DNA of 64,000 nt, from assembly GCF_036321535.1 (NCBI RefSeq), contig NC_087436.1, positions 111,354,001 to 111,418,000 of the forward strand, read 5' to 3'. Positions within the stretch are counted from its first letter, which is position 1, and each line of letters opens with the position of its first letter. The notes under the pieces are model-generated. The model was not told where the DNA came from and searched no databases. It saw only the letters and a list, made by a program, of their open reading frames with translations. The position numbers and the translations under genes were made by a program. Shown here in pieces: positions 1-12,979 of the stretch. Source of the stretch: Camelus dromedarius. Taxonomy: Eukaryota.

Positions 1-2732
1 GAGGAGATGCCACTTTTAAGATGCGATAAATCCTACAGTTTTCACAGGTGGCACTTGCTGCCTATAATGCAAGGCATGTCCAGGTGGCACCTTAATCCTT
101 ACCCATGATTTTGCATGAACGACTGGTTAGCATCTCCCCCAAGGAAAACTGAAACTCAGATAGTATATATACTCTGTTGTGTAAACTTCACTTTTTTTTA
201 ACAACATACAATACTTTCCACATCCTTAAATTTCTTTGCAGTTAGGATTAGTGGCTGTCTGACACCACTGAATAATCCCCTCTGCTTGCATGTCTGTGGA
301 TAAGTGTTTGCGCACGTCTCTGATTTAAGACATAAAGCTTAGAGCCCTTGTTTCATTTTGTTAATTTTGGTTAATCTCTGTGGCCACATACAGGACCACA
401 GTGATGTAAACGGACCCCAGCCCCGGGGAGGGAGCAGCACTTCTTCAGGACCAGATGGCTCTGTGCCACTAGGATGCTGGACTGCATATTTTTCCCAAGA
501 AATCACAAGTAAATTACATTAAAATTACATAATAGTAAGAAATTGCAAACAGTTGACAATTTAAAGCAAATCAGTTTTGAGGTAGTGACTTGTATGTAAA
601 AACCTGTGATTCCACATGACACCTGAGCAACTTGGATCTGTTTGGGTCATTAGTTCCTTCGGGTTTTGTGACTCTACCTCCCAATTATCTCTCAAACCAA
701 ACCTCTTCCCTGCACCATGACTGCTACCACCATCATCTACCACTGGACTATTGTAATAGTTTAAAAAAAAAAAAACTTACTGTGAAAAACTTCAAATATA
801 CACAAAGCAAAGGGAATAATTTAATGGACATGCAAGTCCTCATTAGCCAGCACCAGCAATTATTGAGTCACAGGTAAACTTGTTTCACCTAAACCCCCCA
901 GATCCGATAGATTATTTTGAGGCCAAATGCAGACACGCATCCCTAACAGGCACACTTACACATCTGTGAGAGTCTGCCACCCCGCACTGCCCACCAGCCT
1001 CCCTGACTGCCACCGTCTCCTCTGGCCTTTCCCCCACACATTTGGCCCACGGCAGCCAGGGACCCTTTCACAGTGCAAACGTGACCTTATCATCCCCACT
1101 CAACACTGCTCAGTAGCTTCCCGCTGCACTTGGCTCCAGACTAAATCCCGTAATACGCCAAGGCCAGCAAACTGGCCTGGAGCATCCCCGCCCCAGGCAC
1201 ACTCTGCTCTTCTCCATCCTGTTCCCATTGCCCCCTCCTATGGTGCCCTCTGGGGGTGGGGGGACTCTCTTCCCTTCCTTCTCCCCCTGGTGATGACTCC
1301 TTCTGATCCTGGCTAGAGTAGCACTTCTCAAGACGAGATGCCTGCCCTCCCAGACCTGTCAAATCCTCAACTGCACAGGCTCTCACGGATTCCTTTTAAC
1401 TCAGCTTCTCTGTGCTTGTTGTCAGTGTGAGGATCTGCTGACCACCCCTCCCCACGAGATGCAGGCCTCGCCTCTGTTCTGAAGCAGCCATCTGCAGGAA
1501 TTAAATACTGTGTCGACTACCATTCAAGGCACCCACTACATTCCAGGTACTGCAGTGGGTGCTGGTTATTCTCTGCCTGTGGTCTGTCTAGATGACTGGG
1601 GGCTACATCTCGAGTGACACGTACATGCTCATTACTGCTTGGCTTCAAGTCAGTGGCTTTTCCCACCCATATTCACTTGTCCTCAAGACAGGATTCCTCT
1701 CCAGCCCATAAGAGCCTTGCGTCCGTGTTTAACTTTCGCATGGAGAAGATGAGCACTGACCGCAAGCCAGATTTGCTGAACTGAACAGGGAGACAAAAGA
1801 CCATAAAAATACTATGTCGCCAGCCTGAAAAAGGGACTCTTAGCGAATAAAACCGTGGACTACTGTTAGAACCACATAAAAGGAAAACATGAACCTATTT
1901 CTGTTAAAGGCTCACATGATCAGAGGAAGAATTAAAACCAAAGGATAAAAAATGACCTGAATTTTAATCTTAAAAGAGGCAGAGACAGAGTGAATTCCTA
2001 GAAAGAGAACTGTTGGATGCAAGATTACAAACACTGGGTTTTTGCAATAAGGCCATGCCCACTGTCATCCCTTTGAACATCTGTTCATTACAGAGCCAGT
2101 GGTGGTGTCTGCCACAGGCAGGCGCTGTAGTAAAGAGGCCTTCCAGAAACTCCCTCCGATTTTCATGACGTTGTGAAGCAAACAGACTTCTCCCCACATG
2201 CTGATGGTTGAGGGGATCAGGGAACTTGCGCAAGGCTGACAGGCTAGTAAGGTGCACAGCTGGGAGCCCCCCTTGGGGTGGCCTTAAAGCCACCATGCCT
2301 CACACGGCACATTACCCTGCCCTGTCTCTGCGGAATGAGGATCTGACCACCCTACCCCCAGCGTTTTATTTCTGTGTAACAGCAAGTACACAAATTCAGA
2401 AAACACCCAGTGACATTATGCTTAATAAAAACAACTGCCGATTTGGGGATTCGACACCTATCCTTTCAGACGTATCCAATGGCCATGGTAACAGAAAACA
2501 TCTCTTAGCATCATTTTTCAATGTCACTCTGGATGGACTGACCTGACCCACTTGTTATTTCTTTTTTTAAAGATAACAGCCTGGGATGTTTTAAAACAAC
2601 CAACCTATTATCTGAAACAGTTTACAACCACAGAACGATTCTTTCGGTGAAAGACATTTGAATGCAAATGGAACGAGCCAACTTTTAGGGGAATAATGTC
2701 CCGAGTACAGTGTGTGCACTCGGCACCAATCA

Positions 2733-2894
<162 letters not shown>

Positions 2895-3731
2895 TCAAAA
2901 AAAAAAAAAAAGGTAAGATGGTACAAGCAGTGAATAAAAAATTAGACACTCACAACAATGTTTAATTTAAAAGTAAGAAAAAGCTGGTGTGACGTTTGGC
3001 ATCGAGTATCAAAAACATACTTCCGCTAGAGTAGGAACATATTTAATCTGAAGAGCAAACATCAGGTAATCGTCCCGGTACCAGAGCTGAGGACCAAATG
3101 CTGCTGACTTTGGACAGTGAAATAAATAGAAGTGTCTGGTTCTACCAATAGGTTTGTAAGAGGAAGGGTCAAGATTTCTAAAAGCAAATAAACTAAAGGG
3201 TTTAAGAAAGATGTACGAAAGTATGTATCTCCAGACAGGGGGACTCTTGAGACGTCAGCAACCTCACCTACATCATCTCCCCTTCTTTTAAACAGAGGCT
3301 CAGTTTTTGGGCAGTGTGTCACGCACACACACGCCCCAGCGGAGGACCGGCTGCCACATCCCCAGGTGCAGGACGTGTTGTCCCCCAGAACACGTCACTA
3401 AACAGAAAAAGTTGCCGCAGCAAAGGTCTATTCAGAAAACAGCCTGCACTTTTACTGCTCTGCCACGCCCTGCGGGGCTGGCTGTAAATTCACGGTAACT
3501 GGTGTGTACAGCCTAGAGGAAGAAGGGGAACAGTAAGGTAGGAAAACCAACTTGAAAATTCCCATAAAGAAACACTTTCCACTGCACAGAAAGCTCCTCG
3601 TGATGAAGACAGCGCCCTCCCCCACATGGAGCCCGCGCTCTGCACCCCTTGGAGGTGCTTCTGTGGCTCCGCGGGGATTCCGTCAGGAACGCCTGAACGC
3701 GGAGGCTGCGCTGCGTCTGCCGCTTACAAAC

Positions 3732-3820
3732 CTGTATGGTCTTCCCGTTCTTGGCTCTGACGACATCCCCAGGCTTGTTGGCCTTACCGCTGGGCATATT
3801 TTCACAAAGAGGGGCCAAAC
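3732..3820 (-). CDS. LAP3: LAP3 exon 9 (LAPLCENMPSGKANKPGDVVRAKNGKTIQ)
   Basis: Start of ORF 3513..3818; tttaaag|GT acceptor, CAG|GTTTGT donor; 89 nt. Confidence 0.95.
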
Positions 3821-4997
3821 CTTTAAAAAAAATAAATGAAGGAAAATGGAGCGCGCTGGCTCCAAATGTGCCACTCGTGGGACCGAGGTCGCCAGTGGGC
3901 CAACAGATAGCACGTCAACCAGGTGGTCAGGTTTAGCGTCGCCCGTGTCCCAGGCGACACGATGTGCACCAGCAACAGGAAGCACATGTCACTTGTGTAG
4001 CATTCTTTCCCAAGAAGTCCAGCCTGATTCTATCATGAAGAAATAAATAAATCCACATTGCAGAGCATCACAAGAAAAGCCTGGAACTTTTAAAACTGCT
4101 GATGTCATGGGAGAAAAAAAGGGGGCAGAAATAGGTTCTAGATTAAAGAAAACTAAAGAGACATGGCAACCGTATATGCAATGAGTGATCCTAGAGTGGC
4201 TCCCAGATTTCAAAAATAAATGGAAATAAATGTGTGGGTGTATAGACACACATGGAAAATGAACATTTTTTTGACAACTGGGCAGTTTGAATTTAATTAC
4301 TATATCAATCCTCGGAAATGATACTGATCCTGTCATTACGCAGAATGTCCTTGTTCTTAGGGGACATGTACAAGGTGTGATGTGTCATCATGTCTGCAAC
4401 TCACTTTCAATAGTTCAGCAAAAAGGAGGAGGAGAGAGGAGGGCCTGTCAGATAGATCCAGACTGCAGTCCTACCTTCCCGTGCAATGGATGTGACACTG
4501 GGCAAGTCACTCGGCCTCAGTCTCCCCACCACCGCACCCCGGTACAAGGCAACCTCCCAGCACTGTGTCTGGCACCCTGTACTACAAAGACTGCTGCTAC
4601 GTACTCAGCACTTTTTCCATCCCAGGCATTTTGTGTGTATCAAGGCATTTAATCGGCCACAACCCTGTGAGGTAATCACCAGCCTGATTACTGAGCATTT
4701 CCCATTGGAGCAAACCGCAGACTTGACATTCTGTGCCCTCGACTGCTACCACTTTTTGCAGAAGTAAAACAAATCAATTCTAGTTGCAGCCCACCATGCA
4801 GAACACATTTAACTCAGTTCAGACAAGAAAACACTTATCTCAGCTAGACAGCTTCTGCTGCGTGAAAACCTATTTAAGAACCATTTCTTGATCTTTTCAG
4901 ATTAATAGAAATCATGCTTTTTGTCTCCATTTTACTATTTGACCAGATTCCAGAAGCTCTCTGAGACCCACCCCACCCGGCCCCGCTACCCACTCAC

Positions 4998-5122
4998 CTA
5001 CGAGGTTGATGGGCAGGTCAAGCTTGGCAGCAGACACGATGGCGGAACAAATGGTGGCGGCTCCTCCCATGTCAGCCCTCATGAGGTCCATGTTTGCAGA
5101 CGCCTTTATGGAGATGCCACCA
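4998..5122 (-). CDS. LAP3: LAP3 exon 8 (GGISIKASANMDLMRADMGGAATICSAIVSAAKLDLPINLV)
   Basis: Within ORF 4912..5139; cctag|T acceptor, G|GTGAGT donor; 125 nt. Confidence 0.96.
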
Positions 5123-6369
5123 CTAGGGGGAAAGGACAATGTGTAACGATAACAGCAAGGAAGAGGGCTGGAGCCACTTTCTTCAAAAAGAATGTGTAAG
5201 CTCAGGGTGAACTACCACACAAAAGCACCATCAAATTTCCAAACTGCCACCTGGAATGAGTTCAACATTTTAAAAGATGGCTTATGGTTTCAATAAAAAT
5301 AATCCCAGAAATACAGGCGGGCATCTGAGCTCATTTTATTTCTGCCTGAGTGACATTTAAGCCAAACGTTACGACATCATGCAATCAATGCTGTTCAAAT
5401 TCCATCTCTATATTAGCTCGCGAACTCCTCACACCCACGTAGATTTGCCTTTTCAGCAAATTTTATGAATCAATCAACTTATTGAACCTGAAGGTCACAC
5501 ATTGTTAAAGAAAGCTGACAGGTTTCAGAAGACTGGGAGGACCCCTTCCCCCCCACCCCCAACGGGGACAGGACAGGGGAGAACAACTCCCTCTGCCACC
5601 CCCGAGGTGTGCTGGCTCCTGCTGTGGCAAAAAATAACCCACATCAGCCACAGGCACCAGGAAGACGCTAACCCAAAGCTTCAGGGACGGTGCCCAAACA
5701 CAAGAGCTGAGAAAGGTTTCAACTGGCAAGAAACCCAAGCCACCTCCCCAGACAGACGTCTTTAACTAACAAGTGACTTTTCTGCTTCTGGCGTGTAAGA
5801 ATCCAGAGTGACTTGCTCCACTGACTGCGCAAGCTGCCAGGGGCTTCGACGTTAAGTTCTGACTGGGATCTGCTGCGGACGTGCCCTGGTGACAGACACT
5901 CAGCTCCTTGCTCTAACATCTGCTCGCCTTAGAAATCAGGTCCTGATTCTTACTCACCTCAGAAGCACTTTATAGTTACAGAGTTGTCATTTACACCTAG
6001 AATAAGGTTATCTAATGGCTCAGAATAAGAAAAGAAGTACATCCTAGTCCATGAAGTCCCATGGGGGTGAAGGGAGCATGATGGTGCATGAGGCTGTCCT
6101 ACTACTCGCCACATCTATCTCAAGGCCACTTCTCTTCTGGGAGTTCTACTCTTTGTAGGACTCGTTCTAGATAACCTCCAGTCCAAGATCAGCAGGCATC
6201 TCTGCTCACCCTTTAGATCTGCCTCCAATCCATCCATCTCTTTTCTCCTGCATCCCTCCTAGTTGAGGCTACACCACCAGTGATCTGGAAGTTTACCTGG
6301 TTCCTATATGTTCAGGTCTCCCTCTAGGATAATTCCATTCTATTACCTACACAACTACCAAATGTTCAC

Positions 6370-7835
6370 CAAAAACAAAATAAAACAAAACTATCTCGAA
6401 CAAAATCCCGGTAGGCTTTTGTGTGTGTGTGTGTAAAAAAATGGCAAGCAGTTTCTAAAATTGAAATGCAAATGCAAGGGACGTAGCCAAAGTAATTTTG
6501 ACAAAGAAAAGCAAAGTTGGAGGACTCCTATTACTAGATTTCAAGACGAAGCTGTAGCCATCGATACTTGGTTACAAGGTCCTGGAGGAAACAGTGTCCA
6601 GAGATAGACCCACAATTATGTAGTCAACTGATTTAACATGGTGCCAAGGTACTTCAATGGAGGAAGGGACAGTCTTTTCAACAAATAGTGATGAAATAAA
6701 TGGATACCCATATAGGAAAAAAAAAAACCTTCAATGCTTTTTATAAGTATACACGAAAATTCAAAATGGCACATAGCCTTAAAAGCTAAAACCGTAGGAA
6801 TTATTGAAGAAAACACAGACTTGGCATATGCAATATTCTCTTAAACACAGCAAAAAAAGCATGAACCATAAAATTAAAGCTTGATAAATTACACTTCATC
6901 AAAATTAGGAACTACTCTTCAAAAGATACCACTTAAGAAAATGAAAAGGCAAGCCTCAGAATGGGAAAAAATATTTCAACACATCTGTCTGACAAAGGGC
7001 CTGTATCTAGAATACATTAAAAAAAAAAAAAAACCCTGTAACTCATAAGACAAACACTCCTATAATAAAGGGTAAAAGATTTCAGCAGACACTTCACTAA
7101 AGGTGATGTACGAATTAAAAAAAGGCTAAACATCATTAGTCAGGGAAGTGCAACATAAACTCCAGAGATACCAAGACACACTCCCTGCAGGGGCAAGAAA
7201 TAAAAAGACCGACACCATCAAATGTTGGCAGAATCCTTGTACTTTGGTGGTGGGGATGCAAAATGGTACTACCAGCTTGGAAAAGTTCGATAGTTTCTTA
7301 CAAACTTAAACAGGTGGTTATACAACTCAGTCCTCCTTTCCTAGGTATTTACCCAAGAGTAAGGTAAACCTCTGCCCACCCAAAGGCTTACAGATGGTCT
7401 TGGCTTTATTACTAATAACCCCAAACTGGAACAAACCAATTTCCCTCAACAGATGGCTGGATAAACAAATGTTTATATTTCCACACAATGGAACCCTACT
7501 CAGTGATATAAAGGAACAGATTACGACCCACAGCATGGTTAAACCTCAGAGATAATATGCTGGGAGAAAGGAGGCAGACAGAAAAGATTCCATGTGTATG
7601 AGTTTCTGGAAGAGGCCAAACGAATCTACAATAACAGAAAGATGACTGGTTGTCCAGGTAGGGGGTGGGGGAGGAAGTGACTGCCAAAGAGCATCGCCCC
7701 CAAACTCCCCAAGCAGGTTTTGGGGGCATCAGGGAAATGTTCTGTTTTCATAATCGTGGTGGCTGCTGCAAGGGTGAATGAATTTGTCAAACTCGTTGCA
7801 CTAAACACTTAAAGGGTGGCTTTTACTGTATATAT
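6370..7835 (+). mobile_element. Degraded L1 (ORF2 end plus 3' UTR) in LAP3 intron 7
   Basis: aaagttggaggact, aaggacagtcttttcaacaaat, aaaatgaaaaggcaagcc, ctaggtatttaccc; A-rich strand. Confidence 0.75.
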
Positions 7836-10084
7836 AATTCTCACGTCATTCCCTCTGCTGGACACCCTGCAGTTACTTCCAGCTGTTCTTAGAGCAAAGT
7901 TCAAAATCTAACCAGGCCCAGGACAACCCAGCTTCTGGCTACGTCTCCAGCTGAACCTCGTCCCTTCCCCCAGCCATGCTCAGCCGCGGCCACTCTGGCA
8001 CTCCATCGGTCCCAGGTCCCTCCTCCTTCCCGCCTGCAGCCTTCACCTGCTCTTTCCCGTCCCTGCTCCCAGCACGGCCCTGCTCCCAGCACGACCAACT
8101 CCCTTGTCCTTAACCGTTTACGCTAAGACTGACACTCCTTCTAGGAAGCCTCCTCTAAACCCAAAAGACCAGGTCAGGCCTCCTTGCTCAATATTCCCAT
8201 AGCAAAAAATTCAAATATGGATTTAAATTAACAATAAACTTCACCCTGAGCATCAATGTTTGCATTAAGATTCTAGCCCATGATAGTATAAAACCATTTT
8301 AATTAGCAAGACATTTAAAGACAACTTAACTTTCAATCTCTAATTTTTATATGCTGTACCTTTTTATAATACTTTACTACAACAGTATATGCATGTAACA
8401 TAAATAAATGTGCCTATTTCAAATGGTATGAGCTGGGATCTTTCACTGATGGGCTACATAATGAAGACCATTGGGAGACCAGCGCCTTACAGGAGGGAAC
8501 GTGAACCAGTGAACAAGAGGCATTACAACCTGCTGGTACAAGGAAGACTGCCCTGGCGGCCAGCTCTGCCCAGGACAAGGCATCACAGTGCCTAGAAGCA
8601 CTCTTGTAAGGATAAGATTCAAACCACGTTTCAGGCAGAATTCCTGAATGAGTGCAAAAACGGACTAGGACCTCAAGATTTTTGGGATCTCTAGCAGCAT
8701 TTTCCAAAGCAGTTTCCATGGACCACGATTCCCTGAGATACAAATTCCCTTCAAAAGGAAATTTAGATGTCAACTATATTTTTAAAAAAAAAAAGGAAAT
8801 TTAGAAGATGCTATATTCTAGACCCCCAAGAAGTCCTGACAAAGTTAAGACAAAACAAGATAAAAAACTCATTTGTTTTATCTAACCTAGTTTTTTTTTG
8901 TTTTTTCCCCTGGTTAAAAACAATAAATTTTATTTATATATCAGTAATTATAATACGATGTTTTGAAAAAATATATTCTGTATTATATTATGTGCTAGAA
9001 ATAAAAAATATCGAATGCAATAGACCCACATAAATAAAATCAAGTGATTTCCAGCAAAGAAAAAAGCAATATAATGGAGAAAACATAGTCTTTCTTCAAA
9101 TGGTGCTGAAAAACTGGACATCCACATGCAAAAATCGATTCTAGACACACATACCTTACACCTTTCACAAACATTAACTCAAAAAGGATGACAGACCTAA
9201 ATGTAAAAAAGATATAAAACTCCTACAAGCTAATGCAGGAGAAAATCTGGATGACCTTGGATACAGCAATGACTTTTTAGATACAACATCAAAGGCATGA
9301 TCCATGAAATAAAGAATTGATAAACTGGACATCATAAAATGAAAACCCTCTGCTCTTCAAAAGACACCATCAAGAGAACAAGAAGACGTGGTACAGACGG
9401 GAAAAACAATCTGCCAAAGAAAGATCTGATAAAGGATTGTTATCCAAAATCTAACCTAGCTTTCTGATCAAGTGATTCTTCTTACGTCTCACATTTAATT
9501 AGCACCCCTGAAACTAGTATTTAGTAGCAAATGCTTTCCATGGGAAACACCAACTCAGCTTCTCCTTGGTTGAAATAACTAGAGTGAGCTTCCAATTCTA
9601 AGGAATACTTATGGTTTAATACGATTAATCAAAGCTAGTCTGGTCAGCAAAAAAAGTCCTCTGAAGTCAGCAAAGGGAAGACAGCATGACCCACACGGCT
9701 GCCTCATCATCCACAGCAGTCTTCAATATGTACACAGGAGAATCAGTGTGTGGGGGGAAGATTTTAAGACATTTTAAAGACACAGCTGAGTTTGACTTCC
9801 AACTCTGTTATTTTTAGGGCTTTGAACAAACTATTTGACCTCTCCAAGTCATGGATTCCTTCCCTGTAGAATGTCTGCAGTGCCCACCTCCTGGGGGTAA
9901 GACTGGGGCTAATATATGTAAAGGGCCTGACAGCAGGCAGTTTTTAAGTGGGAGCTTAATACATTTAAAATAACACATAAGATCTGACCCAAACCAGGCT
10001 TTTGAAGCAAATTATACACCAAATAATACAACTGCATACGAAGCATTCACCACAATACAAAGCACAGATACAGTAAAGGCATAC

Positions 10085-10243
10085 CTGTCGAAGGTGATTC
10101 CCTTCCCGACTAACACCAGCGGTGGTTCACCTGCATCGGGGCTGCCTTTGTAGTGAATTTCCAGGAAGACGGGAGGCTCATCGGACCCTTTGGCCACACT
10201 TAGGAATGACCCCATTTCCTGTTCCTCAATCCAAGACTTGGGT
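10085..10243 (-). CDS. LAP3: LAP3 exon 7 ([52 protein letters not shown])
   Basis: Within ORF 10012..10362; ctgtag|A acceptor, AG|GTATGC donor; 159 nt; metal-ligand motif GKGITFD. Confidence 0.96.
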
Positions 10244-12559
10244 CTACAGGGCAGAAAAGAAAAAAAGTAAATATATGCTGCTATCTCTATTTCAAAATGA
10301 CTGAGAATAAACTCATCTGTGTGTAAAATAAAGTGTAACACACAAGCTCTTAAAATACACACATATTAGTGCTTTAATTATCACATCCTATCTGTTTTCT
10401 GTATATTCCTGGGTCAGTCCCTTCATTCTGAGCTGGTTCCATCATCTATAAAATGAGATCAGTGACACCTCCATCAAGAGATTAGCTATAGACTTACTAA
10501 GAGGATCCATGTATGATATGTAATGTGACATCAGGTAATTATTTGATAGTTTGCCCCTAACCCACTCACATATTTCTACAGTTTTAATTTAAAGATGAAG
10601 TCAGCAAGGCTCTGAGATGATAAAGGAGCTTAAAAGATAGCCAAGGGGCCTACTGTTTTATTTTTGGTCTTTCTATAAAAGACAAAGCAACAACCAATCG
10701 ATAAACAAAAAAACCCAACAAAGCTACACTCCACTGTTTAGACTACAAGGCCCATTTCTTTGTTTTTACAGAATTGCTGAAATTCAATCTTTTTAATGTA
10801 GTCAGACTATTTCTCACAGTTTGAGAAGACGTATCAAAGGGGGAAGACTAGTTATTACTTAATAAACCTGGGCTCGATGCAGGTAATTCAACGGGAAGAG
10901 TCCTTGGTGCCAACCAGGAGGCAGACGCCGTAGGGTGACTCCTCCTAGGCCGGGGGCACGGAAGGGCCCTGCACTGGCTTCTGGCCACAGTAATTAGGCC
11001 GTGGGAAAAATCCTACCCTCCCACAGACCAGAAACAACCACGTCCAAGGACGCTCCTAGCCGTTTGTTCAAACTATTAAACTAGGCCTTCGTCATGGGGA
11101 GATGGCCGCCCAAGTTTAAGAGGGAAAAGAATACAAAAATGGCAGGTACGACAACTAAAAAAGAAAAATCACTTCAAAAGCAGCAGGGCTGGGTAATGTG
11201 GGTATTCTTAATCACAAACTCAGTGCTTGATGTTTTATTGAAGTCCTGCCCTTCTGGCAGTACAGTCTGCATTCCTCTGACTTGCTCCCACCCATGCCGG
11301 AGCGGGTCTGATGCAGCTGCTGCAGTTTGAGGGGTTACACCCTACCCGCCCCCCTCCTCTCTGGCCGCCTTCCCTTTGCTCCACTAGCCCTGCTGTTAAC
11401 TTCTAAGCAACGTCCCTGCCTCTGCTAAGGTGCCTTTTCATCTCTTCCACAGCCCTCTCCACCTCCCTGCTCCTGCAGCACCCCCCGGGCACCACATTTC
11501 CCTGCCTGTTCCTTCCTACAAGGTCCTCAGTTTTCTGGAGACAAGGACCCCCGCCACCCATCTTTATGTGCCAAGTTCCCAGACACAGAGGAGGTGCCCT
11601 TACCATGGCCACACAGCCACAATCTGCTGACACAAAGCAGCTCTGGTGTCTCCTCAAATAAAACAAGGAACTGCCTTGGCTAGGATACCTTTTTAGAGAC
11701 TAAACATTGCTACAGAATACATAGTGGCCACTCCAGAAATTTTATCAAGCTCTAATACTGTGTTTTCTATAGACTACACCTTTTCTTCACTCTGTCTAGA
11801 CTGTAGGGGTCTTCTTGAAAAAAAAAAAATGTGACCTCTAATTACAATTAAATACTGTCTTCTTTTTCAATGGAAATTCCCTTGAGAAACAGTGTCCATA
11901 GTAAAGGATTCTTCAGGTAAAGCAAATAAATAGCTATTCATTTTCATCATAAACTCCCAAACACTCAGACTTGGCTTCAAGGGTTACAAGGAGTTCCCAG
12001 GAGGGTAACAGAGCCTAGAGGGACTGCCTTTTATGTCCAACAGCCTAGCTGCTGACCACACCCCAGCTCTGGTATCTAATCCAGCTAAGGGACTCCACCA
12101 GGCGGAGACTCACTCCATGCCAAGTCAGGTGTGCTGTGTTCCTCATGTATGTCAAAAAGAGAAAAGACAAGGAAGAATTAACCAAAACAAAACATAATAT
12201 GTTAAGTTCCTCCAAAAGGTAAGATAAGAGTTACCATCTGATCCAACAAATTCAACTCCCAGCTACTTGCCCAAGAGACATGGAAACATATGCCCACATG
12301 AAAACTGGTACACAGATGCTCACAGCAGCATTATTCATCAGATCCAAGAAGTGGAAAGAATCCAAATGTCCATGAAACTGATGTCTGGCGGGGAGGGAAA
12401 TGAAAGGGGACTGCTAATGGGCAAAAGGTTCCTGTCTGGGGGTAACGAAAATGTTCTAAAATCGATTGTGGTGACGGCAGCACAACTCTGTGAATGGACC
12501 AGAAATCACTGAGTTGCATATTTTCTGCATGAATTAAATTTCAGTAAAACCGCTACAAA

Positions 12560-12592
12560 ACACAACACACAACACACAACACACACACACAC
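12560..12592. repeat. (ACACAAC)n/(CA)n compound repeat
   Basis: Directly visible at the tail of an L1 3' fragment. Confidence 0.75.
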
Positions 12593-12814
12593 TATGGAGT
12601 GTGAAGTCATGACACTCTCTCCAAGGCAAGGCAAGACACGATGGAAGGAACCTCAAACAGCCCTCGTCCCAGCTTGTGTGCAGCTGCTGGGGGGGTCATC
12701 TCACCTCTTGGGTCTGAAGTTAACTCTCTGAATAGTGAGAGCACTGGATTTTAGGGTCTGTGAGGCTCTTCTGGCCCTAACATCCCACGAGTCTGTGACA
12801 TAATCCTGAGTTAC

Positions 12815-12979
12815 CTGATGTGGACATCTGTTTTACTGCTAGCACTTTTGAGATTCATCTCAATCAGTTCAGCAAAGTTGGTTGGTGTGATCTCATTAGC
12901 AGGCATCTCCATCAGGTAGCGGGCCAAGTTCTGCCCAGAAGCAAAGAGGAGCCCCCTCTGCCAGGCCTCCTGATCCCCA
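12815..12979 (-). CDS. LAP3: LAP3 exon 6 (GDQEAWQRGLLFASGQNLARYLMEMPANEITPTNFAELIEMNLKSASSKTDVHI)
   Basis: Within ORF 12811..12996; gccag|T acceptor, AG|GTAACT donor; 165 nt. Confidence 0.95.

Noticed and set aside
2070..2145. ORF 1970..2296 segment GLFTT...WLCNEQMFK loosely resembles LAP3 exon 11 (GVFTNSSWLWNKLFE)
   Set aside because: It lacks the AMDVALGSGAT part, has the wrong length and no convincing splice sites. The true exon 11 is expected outside the window; probably chance.
5118..5134. CTCF-like CCACTAGGGGGA at the LAP3 exon-8 acceptor
   Set aside because: Fully explained by the splice acceptor plus Gly codons; no independent support.
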